This document shows, in pieces, positions 21,961 to 36,303 of a DNA stretch of 64,000 bases. Under the pieces are notes generated by a model that was given only the letters and a program-made list of their open reading frames with translations, did not search any database and had not been told where the DNA came from. Position 1 is the stretch's first letter. Every line of letters begins with the position of its first letter. Source of the DNA: Lingula anatina (lineage: Eukaryota; Animalia; Brachiopoda); NCBI GenBank assembly GCA_051362555.1, contig CM120642.1, positions 19,716,001-19,780,000 on the forward strand, given 5' to 3'. Made by a program: the position numbers and the translations under genes.

Positions 21961-22599
21961 TTTAATGCTGTAAATGAATTTTCAGTTTTCTTTGCCTTGT
22001 ATTGGAATAGGAGTAAAATACTAATCAATTCATACCCATGCATTTTAATTTCCAAAAGTGTATAAGGATGTTATATCTTTCAGTCTCCATACGTTCGATA
22101 CGATCTAAAAAGAAGACCATTCCTACAGAAAAGAATCTCAAAACTTGCTCCAAATATTTTAAATATATATTTAATAAAGGTCTAAAAAGAGAAAATATAA
22201 ACATTAAAAAAAATAAAAATAAATCAATCTGTGCTTACATGAAATTGAACCTAAGCGATATAGAACTTACTTCGCTTTCCAGACTTATTAATCTAACACG
22301 AAGTGCAAACGCTTCACCGAGATGTGAAAAAAACCTTGTTATTCAATGCCACTGTGTCATTGACTTAATGACATTGCATGTGTCTTAGAAAGAGACGTGT
22401 CATCAAAACAACAGATTTGTTATTCAGAAGCTATTCGATCGATTATTTATATTCAGCGACGGCACGATAATCCTGCTAAGTTAACACAGTACCCAAACGA
22501 GTGTGTCTGTGTCGTTGATGAAACGCTGTATGTCATGGATGCTTAATTCAACATCTCCCTATTATTTAACTCTTTTCTCCTATGTTGCTGTCTCTGCAT

Positions 22600-23061
22600 A
22601 ACGCCACGCAATCAACCTGGCCGTACTAAGCTCGTGGTTTTGGATTTAAACAGCAGTGGCCAAGGTCTCTTTCGCATTGCCATTTCCACAAATTGTTTCG
22701 AAGCGCAGAATGAGAGATCTGTGGCATTCTCTCGCTCTCGCTATTTTTTTTCTCAAATACAACCTTTGCATTATAATGACCACAAATTGTCATTTGTTGC
22801 TACCTGGCCTATCTCGGCATACGATTTCCTCATATATCGGAGACAAGATATCGATTGTGATTCATTTTCCATAGTTTTTGTTACCATGGCAGTGCAGCAG
22901 TTGCAGTAACCGGTGTTCTCAGATGTCGCAGCAGTCGTGCGGAGACGGATATAGAGTGACGTTTGACAGAGAGAGAGAGAGATCTACAGGCACAGATTGG
23001 TACGGCGCAGAAGATGACGTGCTAGTCGGTTGCTGCCTTCTGCCTAACTGGGTGTTCACGG
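22600..23061 (+). promoter_or_regulatory. Candidate distal non-coding first exon/promoter of TRPC gene 2
   Basis: CpG-richer stretch ending in donor-like CGG|GTAGGT after 23061, with X-box-like GTTACCATGGCAGT at 22880-22893. No transcript evidence. Confidence 0.25.
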
Positions 23062-24901
23062 GTAGGTCTCTTTTTGATATTGCTTTAAGTGGTATTTTTG
23101 CGCTTATATTCGCCACACATAATTAAGTGCTTGTGTGTATTACCTAAGATCTCAAAACACAGGGGACGCGTGTTAACGCCCCTTTGGCGTGACAAGAAGA
23201 GACAAAACGCAAGGCATAGAATATGGCGACAACATATATCATAACCAATGGGTGTTGTTCAGCTGTGAAGTTAAAAATATGTATTTTGTGATGATGTAAA
23301 ATTTCTTTATTTAAGTCTACTGTGTAAATCCCTGGCACCTTGTATGGCACTACTAAATATAAGGTTTTGTATCGTTATGTGAGATATACAAAACGAACGA
23401 CGTACAAACCCTTCATAATTTTGAATAATTTAGTTAATATGCAAAGTTATCCGATGTATCTTTATGTGAAAACAGAAATGGTATCCTTTGTCTGTACTTA
23501 GGTGTTATTCAAAGTTTCCATTGAAAAACATTCATATTCATAGGGCTTTTGGCTCATTTCAATGATTAGCTTGACGAAGAACTGTCTTTTGGAATTTTAA
23601 TTGTCCGGCGTTTTAACTATTTAATGGTGAAAATATGGCACTCCAATGATCATTCAATGACGCCGAATAAATGTTATATCATTGAAAATAAATAATTGCA
23701 CAAAAACAACAAAAGCCTAAAACCAGTGTTATTGAATCGTGTGAAAAAAAAATACAAAAGCAAAGATCGACACCACTGACCAATGCCTAAAGTATGATAT
23801 ATGCAAAGAAAAAATCAATTTGTCAAAAGTATCGGATATATACAGGCGCTATTAGGTTTCTAACAATCATGTACATTGGGGATAGATAAATGAAAAATAT
23901 GAGAGATTATAGAAGTAAATCTCAGCAACGAGGCCTTTAGATGTTATATCCTGCTAAAAGGAATATTGGGTCAATTTTGACCATCTATAAACTAAAGGCA
24001 AAATTATCACAAACTTGCAAATTCTGGACAATTTAGCGATGCTAATGGTCATATGTCATCATTTCCTTCAGTTGTTATTGATATAGATTTGGTATTAATG
24101 TGTCCTAATGCACTTTTTGTTGGCATCAGAACGTTAGTAGCTTTACAGTTCATTCTCCGAGTCAAAGCCGTGGCCTCACTGTCAGGTAAATTTTATTCGC
24201 ACTTGAATACCCCGAAGAGCACTTGAATGATTTAAGAGCGTTTCGCATGGTAAGAATTACTCACTATCCTCACAGTGGGTAAAATAGTTAAGTGTATTAG
24301 TGCAAATTAATAAGCAAAGCATTATATGGAGGGTAAAAAATCAGGTTTTGAAGGTGCTTAGCTTTTGACATACTAAATCAAAATAACCCCGCATTCCTCT
24401 AGAGAATCATCTCGTCGAAATTCAAGATGGTTGCCAATTTATGGGGTTTTAAATATGTACATATCTCAGATAAGCCTGGACAAAGGAACTTAATTTTATT
24501 GCCTTTGGTAATTATATTGCCTACATACGTATTCAATGAATGTGGGGTCAAAACAGTCAAGTTCAAACTCCAAAATTTGCCAGTATAAATGAATGAATCA
24601 CAAAGAAAATTAATTTTACTGGTTTTCCTACTTTCATATACATAATTTTCCGTGTGATTATTTTCAATTTATGGCTGACAAACACAGTTTAACAGTAGGA
24701 AATGAAAAACGCCAGTGTGGTGATATTTTGTTTGAAAATCGCAAAACATTTATGTTTTTGCGTCCAGTTGGAAAATACATGGTGGATTAGTCAGATTTCA
24801 ACAGATTTCCACATGGTGGATTAGTCAGATTTCAGGCAATCCTACCACATGTAGGATTGCCTGAATTTTAGGTTGGTTAGAAGCTGCCCCCCCCCCTCTC
24901 G

Positions 24902-24929
24902 ACACACACACACACACACACACACACAC
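24902..24929. repeat. (AC)n microsatellite
   Basis: Direct reading. Confidence 0.9.
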
Positions 24930-25521
24930 GATTAGAAAAGCAAAAGAGTTTAGCAAGGTTCATAATAAGGTGACAATGTAATGAGCAATCTAATAATAAT
25001 AGCCCGCTGTTCAAGCAAGACACTATATTGAGCAAGAACATATACTGTGAAACTGTGAAATGTGCATATCTCATGGTATGCCACATGCAGCCCAAGTCTC
25101 TTTAAGCTGGTTTATGTAATGCATTCACACGCCAAGTGTGCACAACTAGGCCACTTTCTTTTTTCAATCTTCTGACTCCTGTCTCCGAAGGCAAAAGCTT
25201 TAAATATCGCTGCATCAGGTGGTCACATTATCTTTCTCTTAGTTCTACTTAGTAAAGATGAAACAGACGTGTCTTAGGCATTGTCTTTCACAAAAATATT
25301 AAATGATGTATAAAAGATTCCTCGACGGAAAAGATTCCTTTACACTCAAAAGTAGCATGTGATTTAAGGATTCTGATTACACGCACACACGAAGGAGTAT
25401 TGGTCTCCAAATACAAGGCGTCAATTTTAGAGAAGTACTCAAAATCTGAGTTATTTCCAGAACATATGCCACTCTACCGAAGCTTTAACAATAACAATAA
25501 TTCACGCCACCCACTAGTTTA

Positions 25522-25559
25522 AGAATAGAATAGAATAGAATAGAATAGAATAGAATAGA
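25522..25559. repeat. (AGAAT)n microsatellite
   Basis: Direct reading. Confidence 0.9.
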
Positions 25560-28500
25560 ACATAGGTATTCATAAAAGCACATATTTGTGCATATTCTTG
25601 ATGATATCAAATGAGGCAGATTAAACTCTTAAACAAGTCAGGGAGGGAAAACAAGCATGACTCCTCGATAGTTGCGTGATTCAAAGATCAATACTAAAAG
25701 CGGACTGTAGTGTGCGCTGGATGTTTATTGTCGTTTCTACAATCATATCAGTTTGTATCAATTTACGATTTCTGTTACGTGTAACAATTTTTTTTTACAT
25801 TGCAGATAAAATCAGCCTGTGAACTATCTGTAAAAACGGTCAATGAACTACACTTACACTCTAAGCGAAACTATGGCTTTTGATCTATTACCAACAAAAG
25901 CGTTTCATCAGAACCGGTGTAACAGTTATCTCTCCATAAGGCTAAAGCTATCATGTAATATGCATACACGTCAATACTTAACGTACAGAAACGAAGAAAT
26001 AATATGAGTTTTGAGTATCAACTGCTTGCAAAAACACGTAAAAATATATATGTTCATGCTTATCGCCGTTGGAAACAACTTTCTGCTCTTCCTCGCTGTA
26101 ATATACAAGTTCACTTGGCCTTCGAAAGTACAGCTGAGACATATTCATTTGTTACTGTCTCTATTTTTCAGCGTAAACATAAGAACTTTAAATTCAATTT
26201 CACTTATGAACGGGCAAAGACTTTAATAAAGTGCCATTGTCTTGATGATAACGACAATGTGTTTTGTAGCATGCCCCATGCACATATGATTTGCTTATTT
26301 CGCACCTTTATAGATATATTGTTGATGTTGTAAATATCAATGTTGAGAAGACCGTCGCTGTCTTACACATATAACAACTGCTTAAATCATGTTAAAAGCC
26401 CCAATCCCATATCTATTATAGCTATAGGCTCCTAAACCTACAGGTATATTGATGGAGCTTCATGTAATGGGCGTGCCATATGGCATAAACGGTACATTTA
26501 GTTGATATATAAGCCAAATTGGTCGCGGTAAATCACCAGTTTAATTTCTCAGAAGTTCAGTTGAATTCCCAGCCCAACATATTGTTATCAGCGAGTTCTC
26601 GATTTGCTTACATTATCTCCGGTCGACTTGGAGGTCAAATAATCACTTAGAAAAATGACGCTGTTCGATAAAACATTGCCAAATGTTTTGCTGAGCAGTA
26701 GATATTATTTTGCATTTTGAGGCCCAGACTTAAGCAGAGATCTTTCCTTTGCGTCAGGTTCCCATTACAGTTCCTAAAGCATGGAAAGCCAGTAGCCCAT
26801 GCCACTTCAGGGCCACTAATCAGCTATATCATATGCAGTGGTAATGCTGCTAGTCACGACATAGCTGAAATCCAATTCATTTCATTTTATCCCATGCTGC
26901 TGACAGTAAGATATCATCTCAATGACACCTGGGCCACGTTGTAATATAATACATCCCAATTCTCGGAATACACTCTGATTGATTATTTATCCAGCAAGTT
27001 TCAACTACAAAATGAAAGAGTATCACCCGACCACCTGATAGCATTCGAAACCAAGTTATCAAATGTACTCTCACTGATGGGTCTTACAGGTTTTTTAGGC
27101 TAAAACACCAAAGTTCACCTGGCTTATGGTTTATCATGTATCTTGCAGTGAAATTGTCAAGAGTGTAGACCTATGCGTAAATGAATACCTAAAACCAACA
27201 TCGTAGTATATGCCATCAGCAGAAAATCGGAATTTCGCTTGTATTGGGAACACGATGGGCGACAAAAATCTGCTCAAATGCGCGGTCTTTCGATCATAGG
27301 GATGTATTTTTCAAGAAACACTGGAACATTGCGGTTGTGATGAATTTGTATGATTTCTCCAAAAAGAAACCCATGTTGCAATTTTGCAAGTCATGACCAT
27401 GTTTCATGGGGAACTTGCAACTGCAGTTTATCCATATCCATTTCGATAAGGCATATTGCCCATTATACAGTATTAATATTGATGTGCAACCACGTATTAT
27501 GATTGGATCAGAAGTGATTTGAAATGGGCATTTTTATTTTTCCATACATTAAAGCGCAAAAACTGCACACCTGCTGAGATTTTTGAAATTCTAATCTCAA
27601 ATAAACACAGATCGTTTTATAAATTAATGTATCTGAGCGATTGATCTAATACCAAAAATGCTTAGTTAATATGCATACCAAATACCATTACCATACGTAA
27701 AGCAACATTTTCAATTAGTAAATGCCATTGAAATTACAATTACACAAACTGTGAATCTCGACACGAGTCAGGACAGTAGCAATGTTCACAAATTCTATTT
27801 TGAGATGTCCATCTTTATGTAAATGCAATAACGTCGATTTAAATCTGAAATCTACATCGTTATCTTGTTGCCTCTTGCACTGCCAATTTAAGAGCTTCAG
27901 CAGAAGGCAAACACAAGGCAAACAGAAGGTCACGTAAGACGTTTAAATACAGTTTCGATCATTAGTATGCCTGCATTCAACTGCATTTCGTTGCAGCTTG
28001 AACATAAATTCATACTTACACAACAACGATGCAGTTGAAGCCATACTAATGAGTAGAACTGTACATGCTTATGGTGTCATTGGATCAATGGGAGTTCGTA
28101 TTTCCAGCTGACTATCGGGCCATGCCGAGGGTTATGCAAGGAAGAGTGCCCGCCCCTTGATAATTAGATCATAACATCGATAGCACTTAATTTGTAGGGG
28201 GAACAAATCCTATTCCGGCCTTTTCGCAGTCTTACAAATTGGCCGTACAAAAGGGAGTTGGGCTTTGCGGTTTGCTCTGATAATTCATCATACAGTTAAT
28301 TAGTGTAACTTTTCAGACACCCAGTATGGGGCTGTGGAAAACTAGAAGAATTAACGAAAACAATGGCATTAAAACTGTTGCGCTGGTTTATACTCAAAAG
28401 CTCTATGGTTTCCATCGAATCGAAGGCATTTTGTAGGCTCTTTTCAGAGCCTTTCCTTTTAATTCTCTATGCAATCTCGTACAGCAAGACATTGGTGGAG

Positions 28501-30001
28501 ACCTTTGAACCAGTCCCAGTGAAACAAAAAACTCCATGGGGAAAATGACTGCCAAGTATCATCGCGTAAGGTGTGATATGTAAGTAATGATGACTTGGTT
28601 ATTGTTATATGTCGTATTAAACAGCCCTCACTCAAACCCAATATAGAACAAAAATCCACGGCTGTCTCAATTTTACATCTACATTTAATTTTTACCATGT
28701 CTATATATTATGTAAGGAGCCTATTCTCCGGGCCGTATAATTTTTATTTATATATCTCGTTCCGATATATTTTGTAGTGATTCAGTCATGGTAAATTATA
28801 TATGACGTAAGGATGTTTTTATAAAAATGTGTTTAAACTGTTACTTGAGGGGGTTTGCGTAATGACTAAAAAATTGTCAGAAAGTTTCATCTTGCCCAAG
28901 GTGCAACAGGAAACAGGGCTTTCTGTTGCTGAGTAAAAATATATATTTTGATTCCATGATAGTTTGACATTTCTGATACAATATTTGGACCACTAATGGA
29001 AAATAGTTAATTTAATACTTATTTTACTGTGGGGGTGTATTCCCACCCACCTTTTATCATATTCAATAACAAGCCAACTAAAGTCGCTCATCAAGAAAAA
29101 TTAACTGTCATATGCAGAAGATTATCATGATTTTTACGACGATATACTTGTAGAAGGTAAATAAAAAAACAAAACCAATGGTGGTTGAATTTTCAAAGTG
29201 GGTAAAACGTTTCCACAACTGGACGTTTTTGCATTTGGAACAGTTAAGTATGTTCCTTTTGGGGTTAGACGATGACTTATTTTTATTATTCATGGTTCCA
29301 GGAGAGTGAAACTTTGATGCAAACTTCTTGATGTGGGACCCTAAAATAATCAAACATAGTTTGTAATCTGTGCACTTAATATTTTAAGAGCATGCCTGTG
29401 ACTTCATTTGCACCTCTATGTAGAGTTTGGGTGCTCTGAGTCTTTCTTATCATGGCAGCAATTGATGTTAATGGGCTTTTGTGCCACAGTGTTAATGCAT
29501 GTATGTGGTATATAGCTAGATTTGAATATTCACCTTCATTTCAAAGGTTGAATATGCTGCATTTTTGAAAAGAAAGGATGGTTTAAAAAGAAAAAATATA
29601 TATAGTAAGCATAATAAAAAATCAAATCATTTATCGTGACAAATGACACTGCTGAGAGAGAAACCAAAAGATACCAGTACAGTAAGAAATGCTTATACAT
29701 GTATTTAGATCTCAAAAGCTTCTGACGAGCTTTCAGAAATTACCAACACGAATGATTAAAAGCTTAATCCTTATCCAAATCCCGATGATTTCTGTACTTT
29801 TAAAATCTATTAAAATAGAAACAATATTTTTATATTTCCCAGAAATGCCGATTCATTCTAGGTCTTGTGGTCTTGTGGTCTTCTCTTACTGGTGATTCAA
29901 AAGTGCATCTTTATCTCTCGAGTTCGTCACACAAAGGTAATTTTGTTAATTAGACGACATTTTTATCAACACAGGTGAAAAACCCACTGATCTACGAATA
30001 G

Positions 30002-30002
<1 letters not shown>

Positions 30003-30051
<49 letters not shown>
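30003..30051. repeat. (TAA)n microsatellite
   Basis: Direct reading. Confidence 0.9.
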
Positions 30052-30053
<2 letters not shown>

Positions 30054-33000
30054 TAAAAGGCAAATAAAAATTTAAATAATACCCGGTAGATGTACATAGT
30101 ATTTTGTCACAGCAAAGAAGCAGCGATGTGTCCGTCCACGCTGCTAAGGTGCAGTTGTGCAGTTGGTAAAGCTGTTGGTGCCTTCGTGACCGACATTTGA
30201 ATATCTGAGTAACCAAAAATAAACAAATATTTTTTGCTAACCTGTAAGAGAATGTAATAATGTACAATTATAAATAATATTCTTTACTTAGAATGGCCAG
30301 CTAACGCACTCGTAATAGCAATACAATATTTGTTCCAAATCCTGTTACCAAAGTCATTGTCAATCTCTCATACAAGGTTTTCTCCAGAAACGAAAACAGA
30401 GAGACCAACTTTCAAAACTTCTGCCAATTCTATGGAAATAAACCAGCACAGGTGTATAGCTTGGGTATTTCCGAGAAGAACGGCACTTTGTCACATAATG
30501 TGCGTGTCACACAACGTGCGAAATACGTCATTGCGTTTGTTGAACTAGAAATGTGCCTTAAGACGTCATGGAAACAACATGTACGGCGTTTCCTTGAATA
30601 AGAGGTTAGATTAATTATCTCAATGGTGAAAGTTGGCGGAAGTAATGTATACTGAAGTTATTTGGTTCATTGCTCTCAATGGCGGAATTTCTTGGGAACA
30701 AAGGACGTTAATATATTAGACGTATAACCACTATCGGGTCCCTTAAAGCAATCATAACGTGAAAGCCAAATGGACTTAAAACAGAAGGAAAGCTAAGCAT
30801 AAATCTTCAGTTAACCTTTCCGCGTAGACAAAGCAATAGATAAATGCAAAGACAACTTATAGATAAGGTTAGATTGAATGCCTTTGCTGCTTGTAAACGT
30901 GTGCAAAGAGTCCCTGATACCTATATAAGTACAGAGAGATATTAAGGTTTCTATCTCTACTTCTGGGTTCTGATTTTATATAATATTATTTAAAGCAACC
31001 TTGTCTGTATTGTTTACCGCGAACACGTCAATTTGCTCCAGGCCCGTTCAAAACCACAGTGACTATTTATGAAGAAGTTCTTTTAAATTCGCAGAACCAC
31101 TGCATTAAAACGCCTGCCATTTGAGCGCGAGTGCGTATTAACACTAATGTTTCATACGATTCAACATAGTCGATGTAATTAGTTATAATCCCTTACTCGC
31201 AGCTCTCGCTGGGTTCGCCATGATTATCGCGTATATGGCACTTCACTCGAGCAATACTAGTAAATGTATAGCAATTACGCATACATTGATATCTTGTCTT
31301 CCTACTCTCGTTATGCATACACACAAGTATGTTTGTGATTTATACAGCATAAATCATTCACTCGGACTGGTCAGGTCGTGCTGATTTTTTTTTTTCGTAT
31401 TTCCGCTTCTAGAAATAACATCCATAATTGACCGGTATGGAGCGCACGTGAAATAGTTCTTTAAAACGGTAAATTCTTTACCCTATTTATATAGAAAATT
31501 ATAGTATACATGATCGAGTTAATATGTGATGTCGCCTCACATTTCTGATTTTGAGAAGGAGCAATCCTTGGTCGTGATATATGAACGAACAGGCTTCAGT
31601 GTTTCAATCAGAAAGAGAAATGCGGAAGAGACTTCAGTTATGTCACTCATTACTAAAGAAAGAGATAACAAGCCGACTGGAAATACCGCTGATCCAACCA
31701 GTCCTAAAGGTCATGCCGCAAATTACGAAACAGTTCAGAAGGTTGAAAGGCGAGAGTCCAAGAAGTGCCAAGATGCCATGTGCATGCGCACAGCCGCCAC
31801 ATATGCACGCGGATATTGTGCTGCTCATTCAGTGCGTCACTATTGACGCGATTCTTTTCGTTTGGAATCACATTGAGATTACTGAGCAATAACGTGGACT
31901 TCCCCCCCCCCCCCCCCCCCCCCCCCATTCCGCTAACGCATTCCGTCCAGCTTTCATAGGTTGACAGAGAACGGCCATTGTCTACAGGTGAAGAGAAGGC
32001 TGCGATATAAACTGGGGGACTCAGGGTGTTAGGAATGAACCTCTCAAAATAGACTTTGGTGATATGGTAAGTAAAATGCTGTTTCAGATATATGTTCGCT
32101 GTTTGAGTTAATGCTGTAGTCCCTGAAGCCATTTTAAGTCTTAATCTAAGAACTCTGTAGACGAACTGCTTCAAGAAGTGCTGGGATTTGTTATATGTTG
32201 AATGATTTCTTCAACTGGAAATTACAGAACCCAGTAATGGTAAGAGAAATGATTATGTGAGCATTTCTGCTAATTTATGACCGACATTATTTTGACAGGC
32301 TTTTAATTCTGCTTAAATACTTGCTCTATTTAAACGCCCTTAAGTCGTCTTATAACAAGGGTTGCTAGTAAAACGACATTCGCTGCTTGACGTCCACATC
32401 ATCTTCAGTGTATTTTGAAGGTTGTATAGTATGGCTAGTTTTGATTCTTGAATTCTGTCTTTTCTTTTTGAAGTTTGCTTATTTAGATTGTTTCAAATTG
32501 TTGACGAGATCAGTGTTAGGAATATTGTATGTGATTTTTCAGATGGCAACTTTTTTAGGATCGTATCTGTTACCTAACAAAAACCAATCACATGTTATTG
32601 ACAGTGAGATATTATGTTGTGTCAAAAGGAAACGTGCAAATAAACGTGCATGTTGTACGGATGTTTAGCAATCTTGATTTCTAAATACTCTCCGTTGCCG
32701 AGAGTCTTGCTTCTACGCAGCTCATCCAAGTGACTTTAAAGGGATAAATCGTCGATAAAACACATTAATTCTTTCTTAACATTTAGGTTTTGTATTATCA
32801 TGTTAACAGTGGAATCAACTGGTGTAGGGATTACTATAACGGTAAGTCAATGTGGGATCAACAAGATTGGCGGCGCTTAAAAGAATCGCATTAGTACATA
32901 CATGCATACTTCAATCACAGCCTTGTGTGAAAATTAACGCCTTCGAGACAGTAATTTTCAGTAGGTTACAGAGCATACAATCTGAAACAACAGCCAATTA

Positions 33001-34785
33001 AGATGATACCAGCAATTTTCTTCACGTGTAATATGCTCAAGTTCGCACATGCACATTTACATTTTTACTGCATATACCGTTTATGTGCCACTGCATGCGT
33101 AAACATGTGTGTATTTGTGTACGTGTGAATGCATACTCTGTTGTATGTGCTCTTTCGGTATCCGATTTGCATTCTGTAACTGCATACAATTTACACTAAC
33201 TTGTTAAAAATGGGCATGATGTATACCCCATAAGTGATACACTGTTATAAAATAGCTCCTTGAGTCTTCAGTGGTGGACGTCCAGATACGCTTTCCCGTG
33301 GATGTGAGCTTAAAGGTATCGTATCCGAAATATTTGCGTCAAATCTGATTTACCCTCAAATAGAAATCAAATTTTTCACCTGATCAGTAATCAATGCTCG
33401 ACCAGTCCCTGCACTGGGGTTTGTTTGTGCAATATAATTTACAATTAAAAGATTTAGTTTTAATTTTCTTGCTATACATTTAGACCGACACATCCCCAGT
33501 ATTATTTCCGCGATTCCCTTTATTTGAGGGGTTTTATAATTTCTGTGAACGGAGTTGGCAAATATTATTAGCTTTACAGAATATTTAGATATAAAATTTG
33601 TTTTAAGGACATTTCAAACGTGCATTGTATACCTTGAACATTCACATATCATGGTATCAGAAAGTAACAGATTGAAATGTTTACTATTGAACATGTACAA
33701 CCAACACGCTTATTTCAGCCCCTTGACACTCCCTAATTCAAAAACCTTGCATGCGTATCCCTATCGAAAATTCAACATCAGGCCGCTGTAATGAAAGCAT
33801 GGGGCGGTTTACGTGGACGTGTCAGCGCAGTCAGATCAATGCAGTAGTCGCCTATCAGTGACAGTGTCCTAACCGATTGACTGCGTAGAACCAAGTAAAA
33901 TTAAAAAATGCGTTATTATCGTTTATCATATTATTATCCAGTAAGTGGTTTTACATCATAAAATGAAATAAATCAATAGTCAAACATGTACTAGTATGAA
34001 AGAGACGTTTCTAGACAGAACCTTGAAATAATCAAGTATCTAAGTGATAGACTTGCGACTGTTTGTGGCTTCCTGGTATTTTGTTCAATGCACTAACAAT
34101 ACACGAATCTGGCACGCCAATGCAAGCAGGAAACATAAGCGCTGAGCTGACAACGCCCGGAAGAGATTTCAGATTTCATCAGTTGGTTAGAAATTGCGGT
34201 ATCCAACATTAAGATAACTTTTGGTTTCATGTAATGCCGTGAAACGAATGATGGTTTATTTATTAACATATTCATTTTAAGTATAAAAGCATACAATTGT
34301 GTTCAGGTTTTACCAGATGTATGTTCAACAAATAGCTAGCAGAAACACATAACACAAATAACTATCGAAAAAGAAATTAAGACAATACAAGTAAAAAGTA
34401 AAAAATCTGGGATTTAAATATATTCTTTATTAATACGAACAAATCTATAAATGAAATGCCTTCGAAATGGTATGTTTTCAGTTCTTTTTTTAATGGCTCC
34501 TGTCACTTTATTTGTCATAAATGAATACGCACTCTGCTGCAGATACAAGTACATTGTTTATAATATGCTGTCACCATCTGTTTAAACAAACCTTAAAAAT
34601 TCTCTGTAAAAGTTTGTCATCAGACCTTCGAGTTTGTTGACGATTATGATGTTTAATCAGATTTTTCTGTATGGCGGAGCTAGACGATAAAATGCAGTAT
34701 GTACAAAGTGCTAGTCCGATTTGGTAGCAAGTGCAACTGTTTCAAAATTGGAGTATCTTGGCAATCTCTAGGGTGTGGTGTTTAA

Positions 34786-35003
34786 AGCCCCCTTTACACT
34801 AGACGGCGTCCTTTCTGCGTCCCACCGTAGGGTCCCGTTTTAGAGTAAAAAAAAATACTTGGCGTGCCAAAAACAGGCGGGTCATTGAGCATTCATTCTG
34901 CAACCAAATCGATGCTTGTGCCTCCTTTCTACGACCACGGCGATGCCAGTTTCATGGTCGCACAAAGGACACAGAAAGGACGCCATCCAGTGTAAAGGGG
35001 GTT
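34786..35003. mobile_element. PIF/Harbinger-like MITE
   Basis: ~36-bp TIRs agccccctttacactagacggcgtcctttctgcgtcc / ggacacagaaaggacgccatccagtgtaaagggggtt, with TAA at 34783-34785 and 35004-35006. Confidence 0.8.
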
Positions 35004-36303
35004 TAAGGTCGTGCACTAGCTGTTACCCATCAATCTTATCTGTATACCAATATAAGACATAGTTGCAGAAACCAAGCCTAAGTGTGACTAATGCATGTAT
35101 AACCAGTATAACGTGCGTGTATAATATGCATAACATGTAAGGCGGACCCAGATGTTTTCTTCGGTGCAATAATTAAATACACACGTCGAATAGACACGAA
35201 TAACTATCATTGGAGATCTGAGTTACCTGTCCATTGTGTAGAATCCAAACGCACTAATGATTTTTTAAAGTAAGTATAGAGGCTTTTGTCAAACGGCACA
35301 TATTCTAAGCTACAGGTTCTATGCATGGCCATTGTTATGATGAGCAAAAATTACAAATTCAGTTTTGCCACCATTATCTTTCATTTGTCTGCAATAAGCC
35401 ATCCCCTGAGGCTGATATGCAGTTTACAGTTCACTGACAATGCTGGATCACTAATGCTGCCATATGTGAACAATTGGGTGTGGTCCGCATGAATAAGATC
35501 TTATCACCCAGACTAGCACCAACGGTTAACAGGAAAACAGAACTTTAGAAAACCAAGACTGCTGAAATGGGAACACAAAATTAAAGCTGTAAAGGTTCAA
35601 AAACTCTCCTTAGAGGATAAGATTGTAACCACAACTCTCTGTTGGAGAAATGCCACCAGAACATGATCTACAGTTCCAAAGGCAGCTGACATATCTAGAA
35701 GCACCAACAACATCGAAGAGTGCTTGTCAACGCCACTATAAATTAATTCAATTCTCAAAATCGCCGATAAAGTGCTATGATTGACTTTGAAGATTTTTTC
35801 TACGGGGTTGTTTGCTTCTGAATGTCAAAATCTAACAGCTACGCTGTTTATCCCTCTCAATTATCTCTGACACGAATAACTTAGAGTTAAGAGGGATTTT
35901 GTCAAGGTTTTGTTTTTTCGGAAGCGGTTGAATTAGTGTTTTTAAACATATTAGGAAAACATCTCCTTGTGAATCATCTGTTGGTGAAATGCATGATCAG
36001 GTCTGTATCAATTCGAGATAACCATAGTAAATGAGATCTTTCTTCGGGAAATGTAGTATATGACGTCAACTTATTCTCGTAATGAGCATTGTGTGGGAGA
36101 TCAAGCACCATAGCCTGACTTGCCTCTCAATGAAAAGAGATTCGCAAATAAGCCGCAAAACATGGAGTCACGTTTCTTTCACACAGGAAAATTTTTCAAT
36201 ATTTCAATTTTATTGAAATCTTTCAGAAAGGCGAGGCTCACACTAGGCAAAGACAGACCACTTTTAACACACCCTGTTTATGACTTTCAGGCCGGATACA
36301 TAC

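Noticed and set aside
31526-32174. Cluster of overlapping 60-156 aa ORFs
   Set aside because: No homology cues, includes a poly-C run, and cannot be spliced in frame to the TRPC exons.
35744-35754. RCSI/P3-like photoreceptor motif TAATTCAATTC upstream of TRPC gene 2
   Set aside because: An AT-only degenerate motif expected by chance in this base composition, and not a perfect palindrome.
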